Positions 11,998 to 25,050 of a stretch of DNA of 64,000 nucleotides are shown here, in pieces; position 1 is the first letter of the stretch, and the number at the start of each line of letters is the position of its first letter. Where the stretch lies: assembly GCA_951406725.2 (NCBI GenBank), contig OX597816.1, forward strand, positions 54,746,001 through 54,810,000, given 5' to 3'. Under the pieces are notes generated by a model that was not told where the DNA came from, made no database searches, and saw only the letters and a program-made list of their open reading frames with translations. The DNA is from Octopus vulgaris. Lineage: Eukaryota. A program made the position numbers and the translations under genes.

Positions 11998-13589
11998 TAC
12001 CAATAAGTTTATGGCATCTCACTTTGAAGGCTACCTCCATGCAGTCCAAGAATGAGAGATCACCACCAACCTATTTAGCATTAAAAGCAGAATACGTTGA
12101 CAGACAAAAAATGTAGGGTTTGCAAGACCAAAATGCATCAATCATATTATTGCCAACTGTGAGAGAATGTTTTCCAGATATTATCTTCGTATGAGGTGAT
12201 CAAACGATCTGGAAAAAGTTGACATAAAAGAAAATACTTACATGCGAAGTTATCGATATATGGGTCAACGAAATATTGGTGGAACTTAAAGCTACCACCA
12301 AGTTAAAACTAAACCGGTTAGATATCGTTGTGTGGGGCCACAAAGAAATTATGTTTTTTGAGGAAATCGGCTCCTCTTTGGACACAGAAGTGGTGAGGAA
12401 AATACAAGAGAAAGAGGACATCTATCGACCATTGATAAAGAATTTGCAAATCTCCTAATCATGATACCCTTTCAGTTTCATACGGATTATTACTGGGACA
12501 TCAGCAGGGTGCATACCAACGCGTCTGGAGCAAAGAATGGTTGAACGTGGGATCCTGGGAAGAGAATGCAAATCTTGAATTCATATGCTACAAACGATCA
12601 TGATATTTGGGACTAAAACATCTGCAAGGCCTTAGAATTTAAAGGAGGTTGGCTAAAAGAAGATACTTTTGTTCATAACATCGATACGAAGTAGATGGCA
12701 GGTCAAAATTTACACAAAAAATCAGAAGTGTAAGTGAACTGGCTGTTTCAGGTTACTAACCTTTAACCCCAGGCAGATCTTTCACCAGCTACTTTATGGT
12801 GCAGCGCTGCAGCTTATACATTACTAGCAGTAGTAACATGGAACAGCCACTTTGCTGTGGAGATAACTTTATTTGTTTAGTATAGTTACGACTCTATTCT
12901 CTTCTTGAGATTTTACAACTAGCTATTTTCCATACACACACACACGCAAACACACAAATATACACACATGCATGCATAAATAAAAAAAACATTGTGTGCA
13001 TATATGCGCACGCGTATGGAGAGTTTGTTAGCCAATACGAACAGGGTCCCGTTATTAACTTCCTGTGGAAGATTTATTTGTATTCTGCTATGTCTATATT
13101 ACCTGAGTTAAAATAGCAATGTTGTTCGGTTGGGTATATCAGAACTGTTCCTCACTTGACCCCAACACCTTCATTACATACCCCAGTTGTGTCTTCTGTT
13201 GAACACCCCTTCTCCAGTCATTAATTAAATGCGTGAAGTGAAAATAAAATCTCTCAATTTCTTTAACTAAAACGTTATTTAATTCAATTTAGAAATGTGA
13301 AAGGTTTCCTCGATATCAATTTAAATTGCAAAATCCTATATTGATATTTTAGCAGAACATTAAGTGAATCGAGAGATTGATTCATTGTGGAGAGAGAAGC
13401 TGAAAGTTTTGATGGAAGAGATGCCAGGGGGAAAACGAGCGAGAAATTTAATTAGCTAAAGAAATTGCATTAAAATTTTTACATATTTATTGAATCGTAT
13501 TATAATATCAATGAGAGCGTAACAAGCAACTGTCGGCGGCGCACTCGTTACTGTTATTGTGTTGTTGTTCTTATCATCATCCCGCCCCC

Positions 13590-13605
13590 ATCATCATCAT
13601 CACCC

Positions 13606-13657
<52 letters not shown>
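13590..13657. repeat. (CAT)n microsatellite
   Basis: Direct reading. Confidence 0.95.
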
Positions 13658-13679
13658 TCAGTAGTCTTATTTTTTGTTA

Positions 13680-14640
13680 GTCTTCTCGGCACAGCTAAGC
13701 GCATCTCTGTATATTTTGAGTACGTGCAGTGCAGTGTCTTCTTTCAGCCAGATCCGTGTGTATATTTTGCTCTTTGCTTTCTGTATTTCTATTCTTGTGT
13801 CACAACATTCTCAAATTACAATTACAATAGGGATTTTTGTTTCTGTTTTCAGTTTCCTTATTCTGGTTATCCCTATTTCACCGTCTGTTACAATAGGATT
13901 TTTTTACATTTCTTTCAGAGGTTCCTTATCATTTTTGGAACTATATTAACGAGGAGGCATTACTTTTCCTGGTTGTCTTTGACAACAATATCTAGTTTGT
14001 TCGTCTTCTTCTCCCTAACAGTATCTATTAACATATCCTACAGTATGTTTGCTTTGCCGTTCACGTATATCTTTCCCGGTGTATGTCTCAACAATCTCTT
14101 TTCTGTGGTTATTTAATAGCGTTGGCTCAACTTGTGAATGTAATTTCGAACTGTATCATGTCTATGGATGTATTCTTTCTTTGTTAAGGTTGAGAAACTA
14201 GAGGCATGTTTATTGTTTCTGCTTCATTTCCATATATCATTCTGTAGTTATTATAGCCTGGGTGGGGGAAGGATTTATTCCTGTGCGGCAATCAGCAATC
14301 ATTCAGTCTGCTTTGAGTCCTGCACCACTCAGGCAGTGTTGAAGATTTTTCCAAGTTTAATACCATTGTGTTCAGCTGTTCCCATTATATACCGGGCAGA
14401 GGCTTTTCTGGTCATTGTTTTATGAAGCTCTGTCGTCGAAATTTGAATTTGCATTTCATCTGTTTCATAATTTCACTATAGCTTGTTTATACTTATTGGC
14501 TTACTTGAAAACAGAAATTAGATTGTTTTTATTTTGTTCAGCTATTTCTATTGATTTCCCTGTGATTCTGTATCGGATATTTTTGTTATCCTACTGTGGT
14601 TATTCTGTAATACATCTTTTAATTGCATAAACTTCGTTCT
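13680..14640 (-). mobile_element. R4/Dong-type LINE 3' fragment (REL domain)
   Basis: Minus strand remnants GLKA.TE..LIAAQ, RHDT, NKLDIVV, KTETKIPIVI. Confidence 0.6.
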
Positions 14641-14699
14641 TCTTCATACGGCAGGAAACACTGACCCCATTATTTTATAGAAGTTCTCAATTTCGTGCT

Positions 14700-15650
14700 A
14701 TGTTTCCCTAGCAATAACATCAATGTAGTTGAGTGGTCTTCGTACTAGATTAAGGTACAGAAATCGCTAAAATATGACACCAGGTATGGCGCATCCTAAA
14801 GCATGATAGCAGTGGCAAACAAATTCTGTTGAACAATGAGTAACAATTATAGAGTGGGATTGTTATATCCATAACCCCTCTCTTGCCTTGTGCTCATGTC
14901 ATGAGGTAGTTTGTGCCTTCACAAGAAGCCTGGTTTGTCTACCCTAATAGCGAACTTGCAGATTCTTGTTAGTTCAAGTTGCGGATCAACAGAGAAGCAT
15001 GCTCTCTACACATACGTTAAAAGAGACCAGTTTCGTCGACTTTTGAATTGATCGTTAGATATTTTAGATGTTGTTACAAGTACCCCAACCTTGTCCCTTG
15101 CTTGTCGAAAAATCTTTCTAAATGCTAAAAATGTGGGACACAAAGTGCTTGAAGTCATTGACTTCTTTTTAAGTTGGAACATATTGCGAGGTGACTTTCA
15201 TCTCGTTGATGGTTACATAGCTTTCCTTGCATTCAGAGAGAGACCGATTGAGGTCACAGTATTCACAAGATATATTAGCAAGTCTTGATGAGCTGTGATA
15301 GTAAAACCATAAGTCTAGCCAAGGTCAGCGATATCCAGGTTCTGTCGACATCTTGACTACTTTCGCCTGATTGTGAGAGGTTTTTTTTTCACTGCCGAAG
15401 TATGAAATCCATTCTAATCACAATGAGGAAAGAAGAAAAGGCTGACTTCTTGGAGGATACCTGTTGTTATTGGACCATCTGTGCTTTGCACAGCACTTGA
15501 TGCGTTTTCGTACATAGTGGTCATGTCATTGATATCCTCACTTTGGACACTATGGTTTAACAGGATATATAACATGTCCTTCTCTCCAAATAGATTGGAG
15601 AAAGCACAATTACAATTTGGAGCTTCTAAGATCTATGATTAATCAAACGG
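14700..15650 (-). mobile_element. RTE-like LINE reverse transcriptase relic
   Basis: Minus strand remnants MYENASSAVQSTDG, FLIV..MDFIL, IGLSLNARK; heavily decayed. Confidence 0.45.
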
Positions 15651-17879
15651 CAATGAACTTTCATAATGTCGATTTACCTTTGCAGGAGCAATTTTGGTTT
15701 CGTTGCAGGATGGGGTCAAAGTGAAAAGTTCTATTAAGGAGCCTAGAGTTATAGATTGCTGTAGGCTAAAGATGAGCGTGCCATTCGCCTGTAATTCTCA
15801 CAAATGAAGATAACCTTTCTGGAAGATTAACGATAACCACAAAATACGCACGTTTATAGCTAAGCAAAGTTGAGCCATAAATAAAACAGTCAACCCTTCT
15901 ATTGATGATGCAGCTTCCAATGAAAAAAATCTAAACATGAATTATCTGGTAAAGGATAAGTCTTCCTAACAAGTATACGTGACTATGGCAAGTGCACACA
16001 TATATCAGTCAGTTATGAAAAAGCATTGGGAAACCTGTACCTCGAAAGACATAAGCACTTTTCTCAAGTACTTTAAAGAGAAATTAGAAGTAACCTTGAT
16101 CTGAAACAATATTTCAAAACCTTAAACATTGAAGAATGATGAATAAATAAAAAAGAAATCCGGCTGACTTGATGTGTTACATATTTGCTCTCGGAGGCTC
16201 GTCGCACAATATTTGCTGCTGCCTACCACGTAGGTTACGGTTAAGTACCCTAGCAACGATGTTGTCAACATTTTGTGGTATAGTGGTATAGTAAAAGCAA
16301 TTGACAGACATTGAGGTAAGCATTGAGGAGACATATGGAATCAGATGTGTTATACCATAACAATTGAGCTACACGATAACACCATAAAGGATCCTCCATA
16401 CGATAACTGAACGTGCTACGAGATGCACCAGAAGATAATGCAGACTACGATTCACTGTATGGCGTCGTAGAAGTACGAGAATTGGTAACCGAGCGGCTGA
16501 AGGTAAATGGGCTGATGGTCTCTAAGAAAAACCCCGTATATCCAAACGCACATTATCCTAGATGCTGGCTTTGCTAGGTGGAGGTGCTTATCTCCACTTT
16601 GAAAACATAAGGACACAGGAAATGTCTCAAGTCCAACAGGAAACGGTGTTTCCTAGGGCTAAATAACAGTAGCATATGGGACTGTCACATTAAGAAAACA
16701 ACTTCATGTGACAGTCCCATTGCATAAATCTCTCTGAGAGATTTAGAAATATATTATTTCAACGTGGTTGCTATAATGAAACATCCAACTAAAGCACGCA
16801 ACAGAAATATCGGTGTGGAAGCCTGTGCATGGCTTCTTGTTAGACAATGCTAAGTATTAACTCCACCATTCAGTCTGATCGCCAGCCATCTTAATCCTGT
16901 CTTATCACTTGTCCTAGGTGATTTGGAATATGACAGACGGAAAATAGATTGCATGATCCAGTATTGCTAATACAGTCCTTCACTAGTGAGGTTTAATAAG
17001 GGAGAAACCTGTTCGGATTTGCCTATGAATCATCAAAATTCAGACATTCAGACCCACCAACCTCTTCATGCTTATATTTTATTTCCAATAATTTATATTT
17101 TGTTGTTGTTTTCTTCTTATTTCTTAACCAGAATTTATAATTAAGCTGATGATTTTCTCTTTCGTAAAGGCGTAATTATAATTATTATAATTAAAGTTCA
17201 CGAAGTTATCTTATCCGAAGCTTTAGTATTTCTTTTCCTGCATAGCATGGCACTGGGTATGGCATTCATTCAATCAAATATAATATAGTTCTATTGAGAT
17301 AACGTAATGTTGAGAAATATCACAAAGGAGATATCTGGTGGAGCAAAGATGTCTGCAGTTACGAGTGATTGGTCACAGCGAAATATAACAAATGATAACA
17401 ACAGTAATAACAACAACGACGACGACGGCGGCGGCGGCAGAGGAAGAGGAGGAGGAGGAGGAGAAAACAATAACAACAACAACAAATGTATCAATCTAGT
17501 TGAGCATAACTTTTGAAATATTATTGATGGAAACCAATAAAAGCTATAAAAATATTAGAAATATATCAAGGAATCAGTCCGGCTGAAAGTCTGGGAATTA
17601 ATTGACATTTATAGAAATCGAAAGATGTGAAATATAGAATTGGTTCTGCAAGATTGGAATTTAATTTCTACATGACGAATGTTTATAAAGTAAATCGCTA
17701 AACAGATTATCTGGAACAGTATAAAAGAGACCTGGTTTCCCGATGTCAGTTCGTAGCAATTCTTTTAGCAGTGTTTGATACTGATGAGGAGACAACTGCG
17801 CAAAAATGCATGCATTCACCAGTCTGGATAGAGGGCGCTTGGAGTTGCATTGCTGTTTTTACATAGATAGAAATAACTA

Positions 17880-18920
17880 CAAAACACGAACAAAACAAAA
17901 GAGTTTCAGGAAGCTGACAAATGTAAAAAAGAAGTCACAGTGCCTAACAACTATGAAGAAACAACAAAAGCTGTAAAACAATCCAAATCCACACTAAAAC
18001 TGGAACAGCAACGGATCATGATAAAACGATGGAAAGAAAAGCCCCTTCGTGGCACACACTGGATTAAACTAAACAAAACTACATAGACACAGCAAAATCT
18101 GAACAATGGTTGAGCAGCTCAGTACTCAAAGCAGAGACTGAATGATTTTTATTTGCAGCGCAAGATCAAAGCCTCCTCACCAGAAATCCCCTCAAAAATA
18201 CGTAATGAAAAGAAATACAAGTAATGTAGAATACGTGGTGATGGAGAAGAAACAATAAATCTTATTATCTTTGGCTTCCCAATCCTGGCTAAGAAGGAAT
18301 ATATTCACAGACACGACAGAGTTGGGACCTATATACACTGGAGGCTATGCTAACACTATGGAATGACAACAGAAAATAAGATGGTAAAAGCACACTCCAG
18401 AAAAGTTCACAGAAAATTAGAAAGTAACCATACTCTGGGATATTCCAATACACATAGATAGAGAAATTAAGGCTATAAAAATATTAGTTGTCTGAGATAT
18501 AGTTGTCTGAGATTACCAAGGAAAAAAATGCTTTCTAATCGATGTATCAATACCAATAGATGACAATGTTTTTATAAAATAAACAGAGAAACTTTCGAAA
18601 TACAAAGATCTGGAAATAGAGGTAACCCGAATGTGGAGGCTAAAAACAGAAACAATTCCTGTCATTGTAGGTGCATTAGCTGCCATAAAAAAAAACATTC
18701 AGACAAATACATAACAAAAATAACCGTATAGAAGTATATATGACGTACAGAAAATAGAACCAGTAGGCACAGCACATATTCTACGTAAAACACTTTCAAT
18801 ACAATAAAAATAAGAGCACTGCGACAAACCACAGTACATACTCAAGACACACAGGACTTCACGCGGTACTGCAGTGAAAGGACGTGATAAAATACGATTA
18901 CTGAATAATAATAATAACAA
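17880..18920 (+). mobile_element. R4/Dong-type LINE 3' part
   Basis: RWKEKPLRG, WLSSSVLKAETE*FLFAAQDQSL, LAKKEYIHRHDRVG..IHWRLC, ILWDIPIH, CFLIDVSIP, EKLSKYKDLEIEVTRMW, IPVIVGAL; ends in (AAT)n. Confidence 0.85.
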
Positions 18921-19913
18921 CACCAACTAGAACAAAACAACTTTGAAATAGACTGACACAAAGAAATTTAAGTTAATCAAAATATGAATTGTACAATATG
19001 TTGAAGGAGAAAGAATAATATACATTAAAGACAATGTTATGTTATGGCACCCCACCATTATATGGACGGGTACCATATAATATCGTATAATACCATAAAG
19101 TACCATACGGTATCGCGTAATACTAATTATTCCATGGCATATAAATATCAGTCTACCTTGCACTTTCGTATAGACGATGTAATCTTTTATAATATTGCAT
19201 TTTTATACTCTATTTATATAATATGGCGCAATACTCGCCAAATTATACTGTAGTGTATAGGTATTACCATGCAGAGTAAGTTTGGCAGCATCGTGTATTA
19301 CATATTGTATGATATCACTCTGTAGTAAATATACGGTTGTGTAGAAATACAACGACTGCAATACAATTCCTCTTGAACTGGTCTCGGCAAACACAACAAA
19401 GGAAATATGTTCCGTGTTTTATAAATGCGAAGACGTCATAAGTATAGCGTTCTTAACAGCAAGAAATAAACTAATTGTTAGGGCTGCTGCGTGTCCGGTA
19501 TCTAATCGATTTTCACCGTAGAACCACTGAAAATCTTATATAAATAAACTGGAGTTATATTGGAACTAAATAGCAAATAAACACAATGGTCCTTTTCTAG
19601 CTGTAATAGTAAAAGTTCGTTTGTTAGAAGTAAACTTCTCAGAAGTAACGCAGTTTCCCAAATAGACATTTACAATACAGCGTAGAAATAAAGAACTTAA
19701 TGTTACTACAAGACTGATTAACATCTTCAGGCGAAAAGGAAGGATTCAACATAAATTCATTACTCTCTACACTTAGATGAACACTTGCCAAATATTATAG
19801 ATTCCCTGTAACCATGAATAATAATGATGATGATGATGATGATGATAATAATAATAATAATAATAATGATAATAATAATAAATACAGCAACAACAACAGC
19901 AGCAACAACAAGT

Positions 19914-20283
19914 GGAGGTGCAATGGCCCAATGGTTAGGGCAGCGGACTCGCGGTCGGAGGATCGCGGTTTCGATTCCCAAGTCGGGCGTTGTGTGTGTT
20001 TATTGAGCGAAAACACCTAAAGCCCCACGATGCTCCGAAAAGGAGGGTGGGGGTGGCGACGCCTGTTGTACTCTTTCGCTGCAACTTTCTCTCACTCTTT
20101 CTTCCTGTTTCTTGTCCCCGACTTCCTACGCAACCGCTGAGACTGGATGCGCATTCATCCATCTGTCGATGCTCTCTGTGTTGGGGGTTGACCTGCTTTC
20201 TCTTCTGCGGGTCTTACGAATAGCAAAGGACCACGTTTCGGACTTCTCCCATCTTGCGAGCTCTGGGACGAAGACCGTTTGCT
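19914..20283 (+). mobile_element. tRNA-derived SINE (octopus OR-like head), tail type 1
   Basis: GGAGGTGCAATGGCCCAATGGTTAGGGCAGCGGACTCGCGGTC...GTTTCGATTCCC (A/B boxes); (CAA/CAG)n tail. Confidence 0.85.
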
Positions 20284-20339
20284 CAACAGCAACAGCACAG
20301 CAGCAGTAGCAACAACAACAACAACAATAATAATGATAA

Positions 20340-21260
20340 TGATATTGAGGGGTAAAGGTGGATGTTGGCTGATTGGTGTACGGAATTGCATCAACAGTGA
20401 AAGAAGAAACATGACAGAATATTTGGTAAACAGCAAAGAAGACCTGATACAGTATGCTGCTAGTGCAGAAGTAGTTAACAAAAATGGACTTGAGAGTGCT
20501 CATGAACTCCAATCAAGAACACCCAACGCTACACTACATAGAATTACATGGTCAGTTCCACTGTGAAATCAACAAATTAAAAGACCAGGAAACACTATGG
20601 AGGTGGTATAACAAGGATGACCTAAAAAAGAATACTGGTTAATTTAGAAAAACCTGGACCTGCCACATGATAAAAACAGGTGAGAACACAAACCAATGAA
20701 AATGATTTGAAACTGATCACATCTTACTCCTCTGGAACTTCATCTCTAAAACTAACAGAAAGATAGAAGGGAATAGGCCAGACATCATATTGAAAGACTT
20801 CAGACAAAAATCATGCCTCCTCATTGATATGATTGTCCCAATCGAGATAAATTTATCTGTCAAGTCTTACCAAAAACTGAGCAGGTATAAAGATCTTGAA
20901 ATAGAAATTGGCAAAATGTGAAACCTCAAGACTAAAACAATGCATGCTGTCATAGGTGCCCTAGGAACTATAGCAAAAGGGGATACCTCCTACCTAGCTC
21001 AGATACCAGGAAACCCCATAATGGCAGAAATTCAAAAGATAATATCATAAGAACTGCCCATATTCTACGTAAAATACTGTCTATGTAATCTCAAATTATA
21101 AATCAAACTCATAATTTTCTTGTTTTCTTAAACATTCTCTAGAACAGTACTATGTGCAAAACCAAATATATGACACCCTATGACACCAACATGAACTTCT
21201 AACTTGTTGTCTCTTTAGGTCTCTGGGTGAGACTTGGAGTCAACTTGTACAAATATAAAT
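20340..21260 (+). mobile_element. R4/Dong-type LINE fragment
   Basis: GGCWLIGV..CINSE, LHGQF, GNRPDIILKD...CLLIDMIVP, QKLSRYKDLEIEI, AVIGALG. Confidence 0.75.
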
Positions 21261-21510
21261 CAAAAGTCAATTATATTACATATTTTCCACTTAAATTTAT
21301 CATAGTTGTTCAGTTTTTCTTCTTTCTATTCTATCTTGTTACCAGTAGCACATCCTTTGTCGATTATCATGTCTTATCTTTTCTGTTTACCACAACAATG
21401 TCAGGTTTCCGATGTCTGCTCTGTTAGTCTGCTCAGTCGAATAGATTGTCTCCGGTGCTCAACTGGTATTTATTCTATCAAAGCATTCTGCCAAAATTTC
21501 GAACCAAGAG

Positions 21511-21718
21511 GGCGAGCTGGCAGAATAGTTACTGCGCCTGCGGAAAAGCAAAGCTTTGTGGCATTTCGTCCGTCTTTATGTTCTGAGTTCAAATTCTGCC
21601 GAGGATGACTTTCCTTTTCATCCTTTCGGGGTCGATAAACTAACAGTTAAGCACTAGGGTTGATGTAATCGACTTAATCTTTCCCTGAAATTGCTGGCCT
21701 TATGTCAAAATTTGAAGC
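21511..21718 (+). mobile_element. tRNA-derived SINE (Meta-domain-like)
   Basis: GGCGAGCTGGCAGAATAGTT...GAGTTCAAATTCTGCCGAGG...TTTCATCCTTTCGGGGTCGATAAA. Confidence 0.8.
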
Positions 21719-22869
21719 CGGTATTTTATTGGGAATTAAATTATCATCAGTAATGATTTTAATTAAAGAACGCTGTCATATTTAAGGAGACTGTAGCACT
21801 TGATATTAACAATGTAATACATAGGAACATGTGTTATTTTGAGAATCACTCGGCAATTAGAGAGACAGAAGTATTGTGTTTCTGAGAATAACATTTTTTG
21901 GAACGCACAGGGGAGTCAACTGTTGTCCATCCTGTGTACGTGTCCCAACCAATATATGTTCCTATGAATGAGAATATCCATCATAAGAGACAGACCAGCA
22001 AGCCGGGGGAACTGTCGATCCGTGATCATGTCAAAATGATAATCATAATGTTCCGCAGCTCTCACATGATATATACATGTAATTTGTCTATTTCAGCTTT
22101 ATAGACTATAAAAGCGGAAAAGAAACCATGGAAGAACTAGTCTGAAACTGGAAATAAGCTGAAAGAAGGAACATGGCCTTAATAAATGGCAAACTCACTC
22201 GAACAACCGATCAGTATGAAGACAGCTCACCAGGCCATGCCAAAGCCACGAACAGTCATATCACGACGAGTGATTGTTAATTATGTTGGTGATACTGCTG
22301 TCGTCACTAAACTGATTTCAGACTGTGTGGCGCAGGATGTGAAGCAACTGTATTGTGCAACAATCATTTTAACCCTTTAATTATACAACAGAGCTGTACA
22401 CATTAAATGAAGTTAATTTCCACAGGTATTTCACTGATTTGTTATTTGACAACAGCTAGAATAGCTTTCCCACCATGTGAATAAGGATGTTTCATAAAAG
22501 AGGGTAAACACACATACACACTCATACACACACATGCACGCACACACACACACACACACCACCACCACCACCACCACCACCACCACCACCACCACCACGC
22601 CACACACGATATCTTTCCATGTTTAAATGTAGATGCTTCGAGAAATAAGCAGGAAAAAAAGGCACTGAACAGCGAATGTTGTAGTGGCTACTTGCTACAA
22701 GTCATATTATTGGATTAATGACGCTTTGAGCGGAGAAAAAGCCGAATGGTACCAACAGAACTGGAACCACACATCTCTTGTATCCATCGTTTAGTCGTTA
22801 TAAGGCTATGGCGGAACTCATAAAAATGAGCTTTATGAGTGGTTATGGAAATAGAATATCATCAAAGAT

Positions 22870-22888
22870 ATATGCGTGTGTATCCTTA

Positions 22889-22934
<46 letters not shown>

Positions 22935-23106
22935 CACACATGCACACATAAATATGTATATGTATGTATATAAATATATATATATATATGCATATATATA
23001 TATACACACAGACACACACATGAATATATAGTGTGTGTGTGTAATATATGTACGATACACACACACACACTACAGATGATACATACATACATATATACAT
23101 ACATAT

Positions 23107-23149
<43 letters not shown>

Positions 23150-23190
23150 CATATCATGTATAATGTGTAGGATATAACATATATGTATGA
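22870..23190. repeat. (TA)n/(CA)n compound microsatellite
   Basis: Direct reading. Confidence 0.95.
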
Positions 23191-24354
23191 CGTCAGAACG
23201 AAATAAACTAAATTACCTCTAACCTATAAAAGAAAGCTATGTGTGGAAAAGAGTAAAACAACATTTATACCATAAAATCGATACACCATGCTCCATCTAA
23301 TAGGTTTCCGTGTGATACTTCATCATCAAAGAGTAAATTTCTATTATAAATTTTGTAGCAATTATAGCCGCTTTTGAATTGGTCATTTATTCCTTCTACA
23401 AGATAAACAGTTGCAATATAAACGTAAGATTTTAATGCTTCATGTAGCAAAACTTACTGATTCATAGATTAAATAAGTTATTGGGTTTTTGCTTTTAAAT
23501 ATAGGAATGGACGTCATATCTGTCGGAGAAAATGTCAACAGTGTTACCGTCAACGTAAAGGTGAACAATATCACATTTACTGGAATTGAAAGTAATAATG
23601 AAACATTTGATACGTTAATTTTATGTCAGAAATACTGTGAAACAACTCATAGTCAACGTCCCAATAATGATTGATCTGTCAATCATTGAAGTGAATAATG
23701 ATTGATCTCGCACATATCTAGATGAATGCCTTTCCCTACTGACAAATTGCTGAGATAAATACACCATTTCTATTTAACGCCGACTTTAATTCGCTGATTT
23801 TAGTAAAGCAAAATTTTTACATTATGACCTAGCATCTCCGAAAATATGAGATTTTATACATTATCTAAAGCAGCCATGGGAATCTTACTCATGGCCCGCA
23901 AGAGACATAGCTCCCCATCAAGCGGGATGTGCTCTTAAAGAAGTAAAGGTACATTTGCATTAGGTGTGCCGCAGATTGCACATGACTGATCTAAAGCAAT
24001 ACGCTTGCTATTTCTCAGTGAATGGGGATGCAATTGGTTACAAGCGACAGAATAGGTGTGACACAATATTTACTTTTATCGGTATATTCGGAGTTGAAAT
24101 TGATTAGAGGTTAGTTTTGCATTTTATTCGTTCAGAGTTCATAGAATACATGCGAGAAATTTTTTTTAAGAATGATTGCACCAAATATATTCCCCTCCAT
24201 TGCCCACCGTAGTGACATAGACAATAAAAAGGAAACAACTCTAACAAACTTCCTCACGGAAAGGGTAGGTCGAAACGCTAGAAAGAGAAGTATCAACATT
24301 AGTTGGGTTATCAGAAATGAAATGGAAACAGAGAAAATGTTTAGAACAGAAGAG

Positions 24355-24662
24355 ACTTGGGCCGATCAAAGCTTTTTAAATAGATTTGGCAGACGGAAAC
24401 TGAAAAAAGCCTGTTGTATATGTATATATATGTGTTTATGTGCGTGTGTCTTTGTGTCTATATTTGTTCCTCCGGCATAACTTGACAACCGATGTAGGCG
24501 TGTTTACGCCCGCATAACTTGGCTGTTCAGCAAAAGAGTGCAATAGAATAAGTACTATTATAGAGAATTAGTCCTGAGGTGTGTTGCTTTGACTAGAGAC
24601 ACTTTAAGGCGGTACTCGAACATGGCTGCAGTGAAAATAACTGAAACAAAAGAATACAAGAA

Positions 24663-24665
<3 letters not shown>
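24355..24665 (+). mobile_element. 5'-truncated SINE of the 7430-7843 family
   Basis: GATTTGGCAGACGGAAACTGAAAAAAGCCTG...AAGGCGGTACTCGAACATGGCTGCAG...CTGAAACA. Confidence 0.75.
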
Positions 24666-24697
<32 letters not shown>

Positions 24698-24793
24698 ATA
24701 AAACGGTAAGATAACAAAAGAAAGAAAGAGACCTCAATATTATGTAAATAGAGGAAATTTATCTATACAATATGTTACATTACTCGGTAGTCA

Positions 24794-24856
24794 AGATAAA
24801 ACTCTGAGTTTCAGATGCCGAAGTGGAAATCCACAACACCATCTCTTCGGTTATCT
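24794..24856 (-). ncRNA. Minimal type I hammerhead ribozyme in PLE pLTR
   Basis: AGATAA CCGAAGA GATG..CATC T GAAAC TCAGA GTT TTATCT. Confidence 0.7.
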
Positions 24857-25050
24857 GGCTATTTGAAAACGTTATGAAAAAATACCGTTAAAAATGAAGG
24901 GAAATTACTCTGTTATAACTCTGCTTTGCCTGCGTACTTATACATCGCTCGCATTTTTCGTCATAAAAATTATATAAAAATACATAAAAATATATAAAAA
25001 TATATAAAAATATATAAAATCTTCTTGGGACATAACACAGAAAGCATGTT

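Larger units (their letters stand above)
10340..12640 (+). mobile_element. Degenerate REL-endonuclease non-LTR retrotransposon (R2/R4 group), split by a mariner
   Basis: After the mariner: SHFEGYLHAVQE, KCRVCK..HIIANC zinc knuckle, NRLDIVVW, KIQEKEDIYRPL; the reading appears to continue from HVG/HGFL-like sequence before 10706. Confidence 0.6.

Noticed and set aside
13559-14116. 185-aa His-rich ORF
   Set aside because: (CAT)n microsatellite plus antisense of an R4/Dong LINE fragment
17781-17805. CTGATGA GGAG ACAA CTGC hammerhead-like start
   Set aside because: Lacks intact GAAAC, stem III and cleavage triplet
19914-19990. tRNA gene-like sequences (also 30500-30577, 47269-47345, 57060-57130)
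   Set aside because: No proper acceptor stem; they continue into SINE bodies
23506-23560. Possible host exon (AG|GAATGG...|GT; GMDVISVGENVNSVTVN)
   Set aside because: Short, no recognisable protein family and no linked exons; cannot be supported without RNA-seq
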